From the NCBI GenBank assembly GCA_963800285.1, contig CAWDAL010000013.1:227395-291394 (forward strand): a DNA stretch of 64,000 bases, in the 5' to 3' direction. The translations under genes and the position numbers were made by a program. This DNA is from an uncultured Solirubrobacterales bacterium (GTDB lineage Bacteria; Actinomycetota; Thermoleophilia; Solirubrobacterales; 70-9). Within the stretch, counting starts at the first letter, position 1, and each line of letters opens with the position of its first letter. The notes under the pieces were generated by a model, which did no database searches, was not told the origin of the DNA, and worked only from the letters and a program-made list of their open reading frames with translations. Shown piece by piece: positions 9,362 to 19,130 of the stretch.

Positions 9362-10205
9362 GGGCCAGAGCGGCCGCTCGCTTCTTGTGCTTCTTCTTGT
9401 GCTTCTTCTTGCACTTCTTTCCGTGCTTCCCCTTCTTCTTGGCCGTCGCGGCGTGGTGCTTCTTCTTGTGCTTCTTGCACTTCCTCCGGGGCTGGCGAGC
9501 AGGGGGCGGGGTCGGGGTCGGGGCCGGGGGCGGAGCATCGGTGATCGTGACGTTGTCGAGGTCGTAGGTCTCGCCGGTGCGATCCGGCCCGACATCCACC
9601 ATCACGGCCACCATGTCGCTCGCTGAGATCAGGGTCTTGAACTGCTGCTGCGTCGGTGGGGTGCAGCTCCCACCGAGGTAGGGGCAGATCGCCCACGCCG
9701 GATCCAGTCCGTTCCTCGCCGTTTCGGTCAAGGGGATCGAGAGGTGGTGATAGGTGGTCCCCGATACCTCCGGAATGAGTCCATCGAGATACGCGGAGCC
9801 CGGCGGCAGCAGCAGCAACTCGGCGCCGAACATCGGACTGACGTCCGGAGAGCGGAGATCGAACGAGCCGGTGCCGCCGTAGTTCGCGGCCATCGGCGAG
9901 ACAAAGGGGCTGTAGAGGTAGAGGAGATTGCAGGGCCCGGTGCCGCCCCGGCATCCAGACTCGCCCCCGGTGTCCTTGGTCGTCAGGCGGCCACCTGGAT
10001 TGCCGCCGCTGGGGGAGAAGCCGGCGGGGCTGAAAGTCGCGCCGTTGTCCTGGCTCTGCTGCCAGCCCTGGTTGCCGCCGCTGAACGTGTACGCGAGCGG
10101 CGTCGCGTTCGCAGATCCGGCAAAGGCGAGCACCGCGGCCGCTGCCAGCAGCGCGGTGAAGCCGATCCTCCTGATCGTTCCCTGCGTGCGGGTCCATCCG
10201 CACAT
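9351..10205 (-). CDS. exported hypothetical protein with Pro-rich linker and long K/H/C polybasic tail
   Basis: Signal peptide MCGWTRTQGTIRRIGFTALLAAAAVLAFAGSANA. C-terminus is PPPAPTPTPPPARQPRRKCKKHKKKHHAATAKKKGKHGKKCKKKHKKKHKKR. Overlaps the 3' end of the convergent OCD gene by 11 nt. Confidence 0.6.
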   Translation of the reverse strand: MCGWTRTQGTIRRIGFTALLAAAAVLAFAGSANATPLAYTFSGGNQGWQQSQDNGATFSPAGFSPSGGNPGGRLTTKDTGGESGCRGGTGPCNLLYLYSPFVSPMAANYGGTGSFDLRSPDVSPMFGAELLLLPPGSAYLDGLIPEVSGTTYHHLSIPLTETARNGLDPAWAICPYLGGSCTPPTQQQFKTLISASDMVAVMVDVGPDRTGETYDLDNVTITDAPPPAPTPTPPPARQPRRKCKKHKKKHHAATAKKKGKHGKKCKKKHKKKHKKRAAALALRG

Positions 10206-10343
10206 GGCTCAACCCCCTGGTCGGTTGTCGGCCAGGGTAGGCCGCGTGGGCGACCGATTCAACCCGCGCGGCCGTCCAGGTGACGAGTCAAGGGGCGGCG
10301 GGCGCCGCCCCGCCGCCGCCCGCCGCCACCTCTCCTCCCAAGC

Positions 10344-10553
10344 TCAGTCGACGTCAGAGCCCTCGACCAGGAACGCGACCCGGACGTGGGCACGCCACTC
10401 GTCGAGGTTCTCACCGCGCAGCCCCGTCGAGACGACGTCGATCGCGCGGATGTTCCGAAGCTTGCCCTGCGCCTGCTTCAGCGCCTGCTGTGCGGCGTCA
10501 TCCGAGGACTTCTTGGAGCTTCCGACCAACTCGATGATCTTTACGACGGCCAC
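10344..10553 (-). CDS. dodecin family flavin-binding protein
   Basis: A 69-aa protein, MAVVKIIELVGSSKKSSDDAAQQALKQA...VAFLVE, with typical dodecin size and sequence pattern. Confidence 0.85.
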   Translation of the reverse strand: MAVVKIIELVGSSKKSSDDAAQQALKQAQGKLRNIRAIDVVSTGLRGENLDEWRAHVRVAFLVEGSDVD

Positions 10554-10632
10554 GGGCCCTCCTCTTCGTCAGGCAAGCGATGGGTTTGCGGCAAGTGTTC
10601 TATTGCACTTGCGCGCCGCGCACAAGCCCGGC

Positions 10633-10869
10633 TCAGGCGCCGGGCGCGATCCCCCAGCCGCCGCCGAGGCCCAGGCGCGCGCTGACCCCCTCGCGCAGGG
10701 CCGCCTGCTGCCAGCGGCTCACCTCCGCCGGGCGGGGGCCCGGAGCCGTCTCCCAGAGGAAGCGCTCGAGCGCGGCTGCGATTGCGGCGGCCTCGTCGGG
10801 CCGGGCTGCCGCGCTCTCGATCTCGATCTGGGGGCGCGGCGGCTGCCGCCTGCCGTTGCCATCGGGCAT
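10633..10869 (-). CDS. small hypothetical protein (weak resemblance to acyl-CoA carboxylase epsilon subunits)
   Basis: 78-aa ORF with good GC3 bias. The DEAAAIAAALERF...SRW pattern is only loosely ACC-epsilon-like. No strong support. Confidence 0.3.
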   Translation of the reverse strand: MPDGNGRRQPPRPQIEIESAAARPDEAAAIAAALERFLWETAPGPRPAEVSRWQQAALREGVSARLGLGGGWGIAPGA

Positions 10870-10967
10870 GCGGAGAGGATAGTTCGGCTGGACCGAGCGC
10901 CGTCGGAAACGCTGAAGGCCGGGGAAGCGTGAGGATCGCGTGAGCGTTCGCCGCTATTCCTCGTGCC

Positions 10968-12559
10968 ATGAACCGCAGGCCCAGGTGGAGCCACGTGGTG
11001 ATCTCGCCGATGCGGATCAGGGTCGCGCTGGGCCTCGTCGCGCTGGCCATCGCTCTGGTGCCGGTGGCCTCGGCGCAGGCGGCCTCCGGCACCTGGGAGC
11101 GAGCCTGGGGACAGAACGTCGACGGCGCCGCGCCCGGATTGGGCTTCGAGATCTGCACCGTGGCGGCCCGATGCCAGGCGACGAATCCGGCCACCGGCGA
11201 TCTGGGTGGCGAGATGGACCACTCCTCCGCGATCGCGGTGGACGGCACCGGCAACGTCTATGTGGCCAATTCCAACTTCAACCGGATCGACAAGTTCGAC
11301 TCCTCCGGAAACTTCATCCGCGCCTGGGGCAGGGACGTCAATGAGAGCAACGTCTTCACCGGCTTCGAGAGCTGCGTCGCCGGCGTGGACACCTGCCAGG
11401 CCGGGACGACCGGAACCGGCAATGGGATGATGAGCTCGCCTGCGGGCATCGCCGTCGGCCCGAATGGGGAGGTCTACGTCTCTGACGCGGGCAACACCCG
11501 GATCCAGGAGTTCACCGCGAACGGGAACTTCATCCGCATGTGGGGCAAGGACGTGGTCCTCAGCGGCATCGAGAACAGCGGCACCGGCTTCGAGATCTGC
11601 CAGATCAGCACCTGCAAGGCGGGGGCGGCATCGACCGGGCTGATCGGCGAGATGTCCACCCCGTTCGGGCTGGCGACCGGACCCGGCGGAAACGTCTATG
11701 TCGCCGACGCCTCCAACAACCGGATCCAGAAGTTCGATGAGGAGGGGGTGCCGATCCGGGCCTGGGGCAAGGACGTCGTCAGCACCGGGCCCGACGACAA
11801 GGCAACCAGCTTCGAGGTCTGCCGCGCCGGAATCGACACCTGCAAGGCGGGGATCACCGGAGGACTCGAGGGGGAAATGAACCTCCCGGCCGCGGTCGCG
11901 GTGGACGGCGGCGGATCCGTGTACGTGACCGACGGGAACAACAACCGGGTCCAGAAGTTCTCCCCCTCGGGTGCGTTCCAGCTGATGTGGGGCAAGGACG
12001 TGATCAACGGCGGAGGCATCAACTTCGAGATCTGCCACGAGGAGACCGATATCTGCAAGACGGGCGATGGCTCGGGACACCTCGGGGGCGAGCTCAACTT
12101 CCCGGTCGGCGTCGCGGCCGACGCAGCGGGAAACGTCTACATCGGCGAGGAGGACAATTCCCGCATCGACAAGTTCGGGTCGGACGGGAGCTTCCAGACG
12201 CTCTGGGGAGAGGACGTGGACGCCGTCGGCCCGGGCACCGGCTTCGAGATCTGCACGGTCGCGGCGGACTGCAAGGCGGGTCCGAACCTCGCACCCGTTC
12301 CTCGGGCGGCGAGGTCGTCCTGCCTGATGGCCTCGCCGCGGACGCCGCCGGCAGCCTCTACGTCGCCGACCGCTTCAACAATCGAGTCGAGAAGTTCGCC
12401 GACCTGCCTCCGACGAGTGTGCCTCCGCCGAGCGCCGCTCCGCCGGCGCCCACTCCGAGTACCCCGGCGCCGAAGAAGAAGAAGTGCAAGAAGAAGAAGC
12501 ACAAGCACAGCGCCTCGGCGACCGCCAGGAAGAAGTGCAAGAAGAAGCGGAGGCGGTAG
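10968..12559 (+). pseudogene. exported six-repeat NHL beta-propeller protein with polybasic tail; frame broken by a 1-nt deletion near 12280-12312
   Basis: Signal peptide ...ALVPVASAQA. Six ~72-aa repeats (..WG.DV...GFE.C....C.AG....GE......A.D..GNVYV.D..N.R..KF). The last repeat continues in the frame of ORF 11987..12559 (SGGEVVLPDGLAADAAGSLYVADRFNNRVEKF...KKKKCKKKKHKH...KKCKKKRRR). Confidence 0.75.
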
Positions 12560-12586
12560 ACGGCTTCGCCGTCAGATCGCGGCCGC
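12559..12586 (+). repeat. 28-nt fragment matching the 5' end of the 87-nt repeat family, lying exactly between two convergent stop codons
   Basis: gacggcttcgccGtcagatcgcggc matches gacggcttcgccAtcagatcgcggc at 56346. It contains the hairpin GACGGC-ttc-GCCGTC. Confidence 0.55.
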
Positions 12587-14154
12587 TAGAGCGGGATGTT
12601 CCCGTGCTTGCGCTTCGGTCCCTCGACCCGCTTGGTCTGCAGGGTGCGCAGGGCGCGGATCAGCTTCGGGCGTGTCTGGTGGGGCTCGATCACGTCGTCG
12701 ATGTAGCCGCGCTCGGCAGCCGAGTAGGGGTTGGCGAAGTGCGCCTTGTAGTCGTCGATCAGCTTTGAGCGGCGCTCGTCCGGAGTCGGCGACTTCGCCA
12801 GGTCGCGGCGGTAGATGATGTTGACCGCGCCCTCCGGCCCCATCACGGCGACCTCCGCGGTCGGCCAGGCGAAGTTGAAGTCGGCCAGCATGTGCTTGGA
12901 GTTCATGACGTCGTAGGCGCCGCCGTAGGCCTTCCGGGTGACGACCGTGAGCTTGGGAACGGTCGCCTCGGTGAAGGCGTAGAGCAGCTTCGCGCCGTGG
13001 CGGATGATCCCGCCCCACTCCTGCGAGGTGCCGGGCAGGAAGCCGGGCACGTCCGTGAAGGTGAGCAGCGGGACGTTGAAGGCGTCGCAGGTGCGGACGA
13101 AGCGGGCCGCCTTCTCGGATGCCTCGATGTCGAGCACCCCGGCGAGGAACGCCGGCTGGTTGCCGACGATGCCGACCGGGTGGCCGTCGAGACGGGAGAA
13201 GCCGCAGATGATGTTCTTGGCGAAGTGCTCGTGGACCTCGAAGAACTCGCCGTCGTCCACGATCCGCGCGACCACCTCGCGCATGTCGTAGGGCTTCTGC
13301 GGGTCGTCCGGGACGAGCGTGTCGAGCTCCGGGTCCTCGCGGTCGGGGTCGTCGGTGGGCTCGACGCGCGGCGGCAGCTCGAGGTTGTTGAGCGGCAGGA
13401 AGCTCATCAGGTAGCGGACGTCCTCCAGGCACTGCTCCTCGTCGTCGGCGGCGAAGTGGGCGACGCCGGACTTGGAGTTGTGGCTCATCGCGCCGCCGAG
13501 CTCCTCGAACTCGACCTCCTCACCGGTCACCGTCTTGATCACCTCGGGACCGGTGATGAACATGTGCGAGGTCTCCTTGACCATGAAGATGAAGTCGGTC
13601 ATCGCGGGGGAGTAGACGGCGCCGCCCGCGCAGGGGCCCATGATCAGGCTGATCTGGGGAATCACGCCGGAGCACTGGACGTTGCGGACGAACACGTCGC
13701 CGTAGGCGCCCAGTGAGACCACGCCCTCCTGGATCCGCGCGCCGCCCGAGTCGTTGATGCCGATCACCGGCGCCCCGACCCTGGCGGCCAGGTCCATGAC
13801 CTTGACCATCTTCTCGGCCATCACCTCACCGAGCGACCCGCCGAAGACCGTGAAGTCCTGGGAGAAGACGAACACCGTGCGGCCGTCGATCGTCCCGTAG
13901 CCGGTCACCACCGCGTCGCCGTAGGGACGGCGCTTGTCCATCTCGAACTCGTGGGTGCGGTGGCGGACGAAGGTGTCGAGCTCCTCGAACGAGCCCGGGT
14001 CGAGCAGCTTCTCGATCCGTTCGCGGGCGGTGAGCTTGCCCTTGGCGTGCTGCTTCTCGACCGCCTCCTCGGAGCCGGCGTGAACCGCCTCGTCGCGGAG
14101 CTCGCGGAGGTAGGCGAGCTTCTCCTCGTGGGTGATCGGGTTCTTCTCTCTCAT
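12586..14154 (-). CDS. pccB: acyl-CoA carboxylase carboxyltransferase (propionyl-CoA carboxylase beta chain / methylmalonyl-CoA carboxyltransferase)
   Basis: Full-length CT domain, e.g. [64 protein letters not shown] at 14154 chosen from the conserved N-terminus. Confidence 0.92.
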   Translation of the reverse strand: MREKNPITHEEKLAYLRELRDEAVHAGSEEAVEKQHAKGKLTARERIEKLLDPGSFEELDTFVRHRTHEFEMDKRRPYGDAVVTGYGTIDGRTVFVFSQDFTVFGGSLGEVMAEKMVKVMDLAARVGAPVIGINDSGGARIQEGVVSLGAYGDVFVRNVQCSGVIPQISLIMGPCAGGAVYSPAMTDFIFMVKETSHMFITGPEVIKTVTGEEVEFEELGGAMSHNSKSGVAHFAADDEEQCLEDVRYLMSFLPLNNLELPPRVEPTDDPDREDPELDTLVPDDPQKPYDMREVVARIVDDGEFFEVHEHFAKNIICGFSRLDGHPVGIVGNQPAFLAGVLDIEASEKAARFVRTCDAFNVPLLTFTDVPGFLPGTSQEWGGIIRHGAKLLYAFTEATVPKLTVVTRKAYGGAYDVMNSKHMLADFNFAWPTAEVAVMGPEGAVNIIYRRDLAKSPTPDERRSKLIDDYKAHFANPYSAAERGYIDDVIEPHQTRPKLIRALRTLQTKRVEGPKRKHGNIPL

Positions 14155-14164
14155 GGGGAGGACC

Positions 14165-15883
14165 CTAGAAGAACGCGCCGCCGCGGTACTCGCCGAAGAC
14201 GTCGCGCATCGCGTTGCAGACGTCGCCGATCGAGCCGCCGGCGCGCAGCGCCTCCTTGATCGGAGGCAGCAGGTTGCCGTCGCCCTGCGCGACATCGCGG
14301 AGAGACTGCAGCTTCTGGTCGAGCTCGGCCTGGTCCCGGGACTCCTTGAACTTCTTCAGTCGCGCGAGCTGGCGCTTCTCGGCCTCGGGATCGACCTTGA
14401 GGATGTCGACGTCGTCGACCACATCGGTGACGTACTTGTTGACGCCGACGATGATGTCCTGACCGGTGCGGTAGCGCTCGTGGTAGCTGGCGGCCGATTC
14501 CTCGATCTCGCGCTGCATGAATTCGAGGGCGTTGACCGAGCCGCCGAGGTCCTCGACCTTCTGCATCAGCTCCCAGGAGCGCGCCTCGATCTCGTCGGTG
14601 AGCGACTCGATGAAGTAGGAGCCGGCGAATGGGTCTACCGTGTCCGCAACGCCTGACTCGTGAGCCAGCACCTGTTGGGTGCGGAGCGCGATGCGGGCGG
14701 AACGCTCTGTGGGGAGGGCGAGGGCCTCATCGAAGCCGTTGGTGTGGAGGGACTGGGTCCCACCGGCGACGGCGGCGAAGCCCTGCAGCGCCACGCGGAT
14801 GATGTTCACCTCGGGCTGCTGGGCCTGGAGGGTGACCCCGCCGGTCTGGGTGTGGAAGCGGATCATCTGGGCCTTCTCGTTGGTGGCCCCGAAGCGCTCC
14901 TTCATGATGTTCGCCCACATCCGCCTGACGGCCCGGAACTTGGCGATCTCCTGGAAGACGTTGTTGTGGCCGTTGAAGAAGAAGGCGAGCCGCTGGCCGA
15001 ACTTGTTCACGTCGAGCCCGGCGTTGATGCCCGCCTCCACGTAGGCGATCGCGTTGGCGAGAGTGAAGGCGACCTCCTGCACGGCCGAGCAGCCCTTCTC
15101 GCGGATGTGGTACCCGCTGATCGAGATCGTGTTCCACTTCGGCACGTTCTCGTTGCAGTACTCGAAGATGTTGGTGGTGAGCCGCATGGTCGGCTCGGGC
15201 GGGTAGATGTAGTTGCCGCGCGAGATGTACTCCTTGAGCACGTCGTTCTGGACGGTGCCGCGCAGCTCCTTGGAGTCGACGCCCTGCTCCTCGCCGACCA
15301 GCTCGTAGAGCAGCAGCAGGATCGCGGCGGGGGCATTGATCGTCATCGAGGTCGAGACGTCGGACAGCGAGATCTGGTCGAAGCAGATCCGCATGTCCTC
15401 GATCGTGTCGATCGGGACGCCGGTCCGGCCGACCTCGCCCTGGCAGAGCGGGTCGTCCGAGTCGCGCCCGAGCTGCGTGGGCAGGTCGAAGGCCATGGAG
15501 AGGCCGGTCGAGCCGTGCTCGGTCAGGTAGCGATAGCGCTCGTTCGTGTCCTCCGGGCTGGCGAAGCCGGCGTACTGGCGCATCGTCCAGAGCCGGTCGC
15601 GGTACATGCCCTTGTGGATCCCGCGGGTGAACGGATACTCGCCGGGCTCGCCGAGCCGCTCCTCGAGCCCGGGCTTGACGTCGTCCTCCTCGTAGAGGCG
15701 CTTGATCTCGATCCCGGAGTCGGTGATCTCGTGGTCCTCGCGCTCCTCCTCCGGGAGCACGGGGGCGATGTAGCGATGGAGGTCCTCGTCGACCGCGGCC
15801 TTCTGCTCGGCCTCGGGCGCGCCGTTCGACGGCGGGCCGTCGGTCCCCTCGGTCTTCGCCTCGCCCTTTGGCCTGGTGGCCAT
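14165..15883 (-). CDS. methylmalonyl-CoA mutase family, catalytic (large) subunit without a fused B12-binding domain
   Basis: [56 protein letters not shown] and [11 protein letters not shown] motifs. Tyr and Arg at the positions that distinguish MCM from isobutyryl-CoA mutase. Ends at ~572 aa before any DxHxxG B12 domain. Confidence 0.9.
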   Translation of the reverse strand: MATRPKGEAKTEGTDGPPSNGAPEAEQKAAVDEDLHRYIAPVLPEEEREDHEITDSGIEIKRLYEEDDVKPGLEERLGEPGEYPFTRGIHKGMYRDRLWTMRQYAGFASPEDTNERYRYLTEHGSTGLSMAFDLPTQLGRDSDDPLCQGEVGRTGVPIDTIEDMRICFDQISLSDVSTSMTINAPAAILLLLYELVGEEQGVDSKELRGTVQNDVLKEYISRGNYIYPPEPTMRLTTNIFEYCNENVPKWNTISISGYHIREKGCSAVQEVAFTLANAIAYVEAGINAGLDVNKFGQRLAFFFNGHNNVFQEIAKFRAVRRMWANIMKERFGATNEKAQMIRFHTQTGGVTLQAQQPEVNIIRVALQGFAAVAGGTQSLHTNGFDEALALPTERSARIALRTQQVLAHESGVADTVDPFAGSYFIESLTDEIEARSWELMQKVEDLGGSVNALEFMQREIEESAASYHERYRTGQDIIVGVNKYVTDVVDDVDILKVDPEAEKRQLARLKKFKESRDQAELDQKLQSLRDVAQGDGNLLPPIKEALRAGGSIGDVCNAMRDVFGEYRGGAFF

Positions 15884-15917
15884 GGCGCAAGGATAGATAC
15901 GGAGGTGAGGGAGAGCG

Positions 15918-16490
15918 CTACGGGGCAACCGCGACGTTCGATTCGACCCTCTCGCGCAGGACCTCGAGCTGCACATGTGCGAACAGGCCGTAGGAGGGAG
16001 GCGGGTCGAGCTGGTCGATGTAGTCCGCCACCCAGAAGCCGAGCTCCCCGTGGAGCAGTCGTGCGCACTGCAACGGCGAGACGGGCTTGAAGGACGACTC
16101 GCGGAGCTCGGCTGCCGCGGCGTCGACGTAATCGAGAACGGGCTCGAGCCGCTCCGCGTCCCATTCGGACCAGTCGCCCTCCCGGATGCCGTGAGAGGTT
16201 CCGTCGCAGTGGGCGACGAAGCCGCAGTCGGCGAGCTCGCGCGCTCGCTTCTTCTCGGCGCGGCAGGCGGTCTTCGAGCCCTTGAACGACCCGAGGTCCT
16301 CGTAGAGGTCCGGGCGAAGCCGCAGCGCGTGGCGCTTCACGATCCGGGCGGACTTGTATCCGCGCTGGTGCTGGTCGAAGCGCTCCTCCGGGCTGCGGGC
16401 GCTCGACCCGACGTAGACCCAGGGGATCCGGGGGTCACGCCGTCGACCCGCCGAGCGATCGAGCTCGATCACGTAGACGCGGGAGGGCAC
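15918..16490 (-). CDS. hypothetical protein with N-terminal GIY-YIG-like nuclease motif
   Basis: VYVIEL...WVYVGSS...PEERFDQH resembles the GIY/YIG/R core. The rest is unrecognised. Good GC3. Confidence 0.5.
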   Translation of the reverse strand: MPSRVYVIELDRSAGRRRDPRIPWVYVGSSARSPEERFDQHQRGYKSARIVKRHALRLRPDLYEDLGSFKGSKTACRAEKKRARELADCGFVAHCDGTSHGIREGDWSEWDAERLEPVLDYVDAAAAELRESSFKPVSPLQCARLLHGELGFWVADYIDQLDPPPSYGLFAHVQLEVLRERVESNVAVAP

Positions 16491-16507
16491 GGCCCCTCAG
16501 TCGCTGC

Positions 16508-17038
16508 TCAGAAGCCGAAGAAGCGGCGGCGTTTCTTCTTCTTGGGCTCGGGCGCGGGCGGCTCCGGCTCCGCCGGCGCCTCCTCCACCACCGCCACCAC
16601 GGGCTCGGGCTGCTCGGGCTCGATCTCCTCGGGCTCCGGCTCCGGCTGCGGCTCGGGCTCCGGCTCGGGCTCAGCCTCCAACACGGGTACCTCGGGTTCC
16701 CGCGCCTCGCTCATGCCCTCGAAGGGACGCTTCGTGGGTGTGGCCAGCTCGTCGATCACGGCATCGAGCCAGCCCTCGAGCTTGGTCGGCTCGGTGCCGC
16801 TCTCGGCGGTGACGCTGACGTTCGTGCCCCAGCCCTTCTCGCCGATCTCGACCTTGATCCAGGCGTCGTCGGGAATGGCTTTCCAGGCGAGCGTGGACTC
16901 CTCCTCACGCTCGGTCACGCTGACCTCGGTCGCGTGCCCGACCAGGGCGCACATCAGGCCCTGCATGCGGCCGGGATGATCGAGCTGCTCCCAGACCTCA
17001 GGCGGCGACTTCACCAGGGTGCGGCTTGCGGTCTTCAT
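16508..17038 (-). CDS. SRPBCC/START-like small protein with acidic (EP)n repeat and KKKKRRRFFGF C-terminus
   Basis: The N-terminal ~110 aa resemble the polyketide cyclase/SRPBCC fold. The tail is EPEPEPEPQPEPEPEE...PEPKKKKRRRFFGF. Confidence 0.55.
   Translation of the reverse strand: MKTASRTLVKSPPEVWEQLDHPGRMQGLMCALVGHATEVSVTEREEESTLAWKAIPDDAWIKVEIGEKGWGTNVSVTAESGTEPTKLEGWLDAVIDELATPTKRPFEGMSEAREPEVPVLEAEPEPEPEPQPEPEPEEIEPEQPEPVVAVVEEAPAEPEPPAPEPKKKKRRRFFGF
16631..16672. repeat. imperfect hexanucleotide microsatellite (GGCTCS)n encoding (Glu-Pro)n
   Basis: gggctccggctccggctgcggctcgggctccggctcgggctc, lying inside CDS 16508..17038. Confidence 0.7.
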
Positions 17039-17105
17039 GGTGCGGGCATTCGTCCGTGACCCGACGCCTCCTGCACGCTTACGAGATTTGGGCGAAAGCG
17101 CCCGT

Positions 17106-18197
17106 TCAGCGGCCGAGGAACGACTCGATCGCGGCGGCCGCGCGCGGGCCCGCCTGCCCGTCCCAGAGCGGGATCTCGGGCGGCTGCTCCGGCACCTCGG
17201 CCGCCAGGGAGCGCTCCGCGGCGTCGCGCAGCGCGTCCGGGTCGACGCCGACCAGCTCGTTCGTGCCCAGCTCGACCGTGATCGGCCGCTCGGTGGTCGT
17301 CCGGTAGGTGAGGCAGGGAGTGCCGAGCACGCTCGTCTCCTCCTGCACGCCGCCGGAGTCGGTGATCACCAGCCGCGCCTCGGCCTCGAGCGCGATGAAG
17401 TCGTCGTAGTCCATCGGCGGGGTGAGGATCACCTTGCCCCAGCCGGCGCCCGACCCGGCCAGGCGCTCCCGCGTGCGGGGATGGACCGGGAAGATCACCG
17501 GCATCGAGCCGGCGAGGCCGGCGAGCACCTCCATCGTCGGGCCCAGCTTCTCGGGATCGTCGACCAGCGCGGGCCGGTGCAGGGTGACGAGGACGAACTC
17601 CCTGCTCTTCACAGCGTTGCGGCCGAGCACGGCCGGCCGGTTCACCCCCTCGAGCAGCCGGAAGAGGCTGTCGATCATCGTGTTGCCGACGAGCTGGACG
17701 CCATCCCCGGAGATGCCCTCGCCGGCGAGGTTCTCGACGGCGTCCGCCGACGTGCAGAGCAGCACGTCCGACACCCGGTCGGTGAGGACGCGATTGACTT
17801 CCTCGGGCATCTGCCAGTCCCGGGAGCGCAGCCCCGACTCGATGTGCGCGACCGCGACGTGGAGCTTGGCGGCGGCCAGCGCGGCTGCGAGTGTGGAGTT
17901 GACGTCGCCCGCGACGAGGACGAGGTCGGCGGGATGCTCCAGCAGGTCGGCCTCGATCCCGGTCAGCGCCGCCGCGGTCTGCTCGGCGTGGGACCCGGAG
18001 CCGACGCCCAGGTTGGCGTCGGGCTCGCGCATCCCGAGCCGCTCGATGAACCCGCCCGAGAGGGCGCGGTCGTAGTGCTGGCCCGTGTGCAGCAGGCGGA
18101 CCGAGACGTCGTCCGAGCCCTCCAGGGCGGCGATCACCGGAGCCGACTTCACGAAGTTGGGTCGCGCGCCGACGACGGCGAGCACCGAGGCGGTCAC
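17106..18197 (-). CDS. wecB: UDP-N-acetylglucosamine 2-epimerase (non-hydrolysing)
   Basis: VVGARPNFVKSAPV, HTGQHYD, GDVNSTLA and ITDSGGVQEE motifs. GTG start at 18197 is inferred; the longer tool ORF is an upstream read-through. Confidence 0.88.
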   Translation of the reverse strand: MTASVLAVVGARPNFVKSAPVIAALEGSDDVSVRLLHTGQHYDRALSGGFIERLGMREPDANLGVGSGSHAEQTAAALTGIEADLLEHPADLVLVAGDVNSTLAAALAAAKLHVAVAHIESGLRSRDWQMPEEVNRVLTDRVSDVLLCTSADAVENLAGEGISGDGVQLVGNTMIDSLFRLLEGVNRPAVLGRNAVKSREFVLVTLHRPALVDDPEKLGPTMEVLAGLAGSMPVIFPVHPRTRERLAGSGAGWGKVILTPPMDYDDFIALEAEARLVITDSGGVQEETSVLGTPCLTYRTTTERPITVELGTNELVGVDPDALRDAAERSLAAEVPEQPPEIPLWDGQAGPRAAAAIESFLGR

Positions 18198-18245
18198 AGC
18201 GGAGCAAGCTAGCGGCTGGATCGGCTCCGGTACTGTCCGGGCACG

Positions 18246-19124
18246 ATGGCCGGCAACGAAAGTGGCGCGGTCGTGGTCACGGGGGCCTCGACCGGAATCG
18301 GGCGCTCGACCGCGCTCCTCCTGGACGAGAGGGGGTACCGCGTCTTCGCCGGCGTGCGCAAGCAGGCCGATGCCGAGTCGCTGGCGGAGGAGGGCTCCGA
18401 CAACCTCACGCCGATCACGCTCGACGTGACCGAGCAGCGCTCGATCACGGCGGCCAAGGACAAGGTTCAGCGAGCCGTCGGCGAGGACGGCCTCGTCGGG
18501 CTCGTCAACAACGCCGGAGTGGGCGACGGCGGTCCGGTGGAGACCATGGACCTCGAAGTCCTGCGCAACGTCCTCGAGGTCAACCTCGTCGGCCAGGTCG
18601 CGGTCACGCAGGCGTTCCTGCCCCTGATCCGCAAGGCGCCCGGCACGATCGTGTTCATCGCCTCGATCGGCGGCCGGATCGCGAGCCCGTTCATGTCTCC
18701 CTACAACACGTCGAAGTTCGCGATCGAGGCGCTCGGCGAGTCGCTGCGCCAGGAGCTGGCTCCCTGGGACATCGACGTGGTCGTCGTGGAGCCGGGCAGC
18801 ATCGACACCCCGATCTGGAAGAAGGGGGCGGAGACGATCGACGAGCAGTTCTCGAAGATGCCGCCGAACACCAAGCGCCTCTACGGCAAGCAGCTCAAGC
18901 GAATGGACGAGGTCCTGAGCGAGACCGCGAGTCGCGGCATCCCGCCGGAGAAGGTCGCCAAGGTGATCCACGCCGCCATCAGCTCGGAGAAGCCGAAGCA
19001 CCGGTACCTGGTCGGCAGGGACGCCAAGATCGCCGCGCGCCTCAAGGGAACGCTCCCGGATCGCACCTTCACGAAGCTGATCTCCCGGCAGGTGAAGATG
19101 CCGACCGACGTCCCGTCGGAGTAG
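18246..19124 (+). CDS. SDR family oxidoreductase
   Basis: TGASTGIGRS cofactor motif, NNAG, and the YNTSK catalytic tetrad region. Confidence 0.88.
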   Translation: MAGNESGAVVVTGASTGIGRSTALLLDERGYRVFAGVRKQADAESLAEEGSDNLTPITLDVTEQRSITAAKDKVQRAVGEDGLVGLVNNAGVGDGGPVETMDLEVLRNVLEVNLVGQVAVTQAFLPLIRKAPGTIVFIASIGGRIASPFMSPYNTSKFAIEALGESLRQELAPWDIDVVVVEPGSIDTPIWKKGAETIDEQFSKMPPNTKRLYGKQLKRMDEVLSETASRGIPPEKVAKVIHAAISSEKPKHRYLVGRDAKIAARLKGTLPDRTFTKLISRQVKMPTDVPSE

Positions 19125-19130
19125 CGCCGG

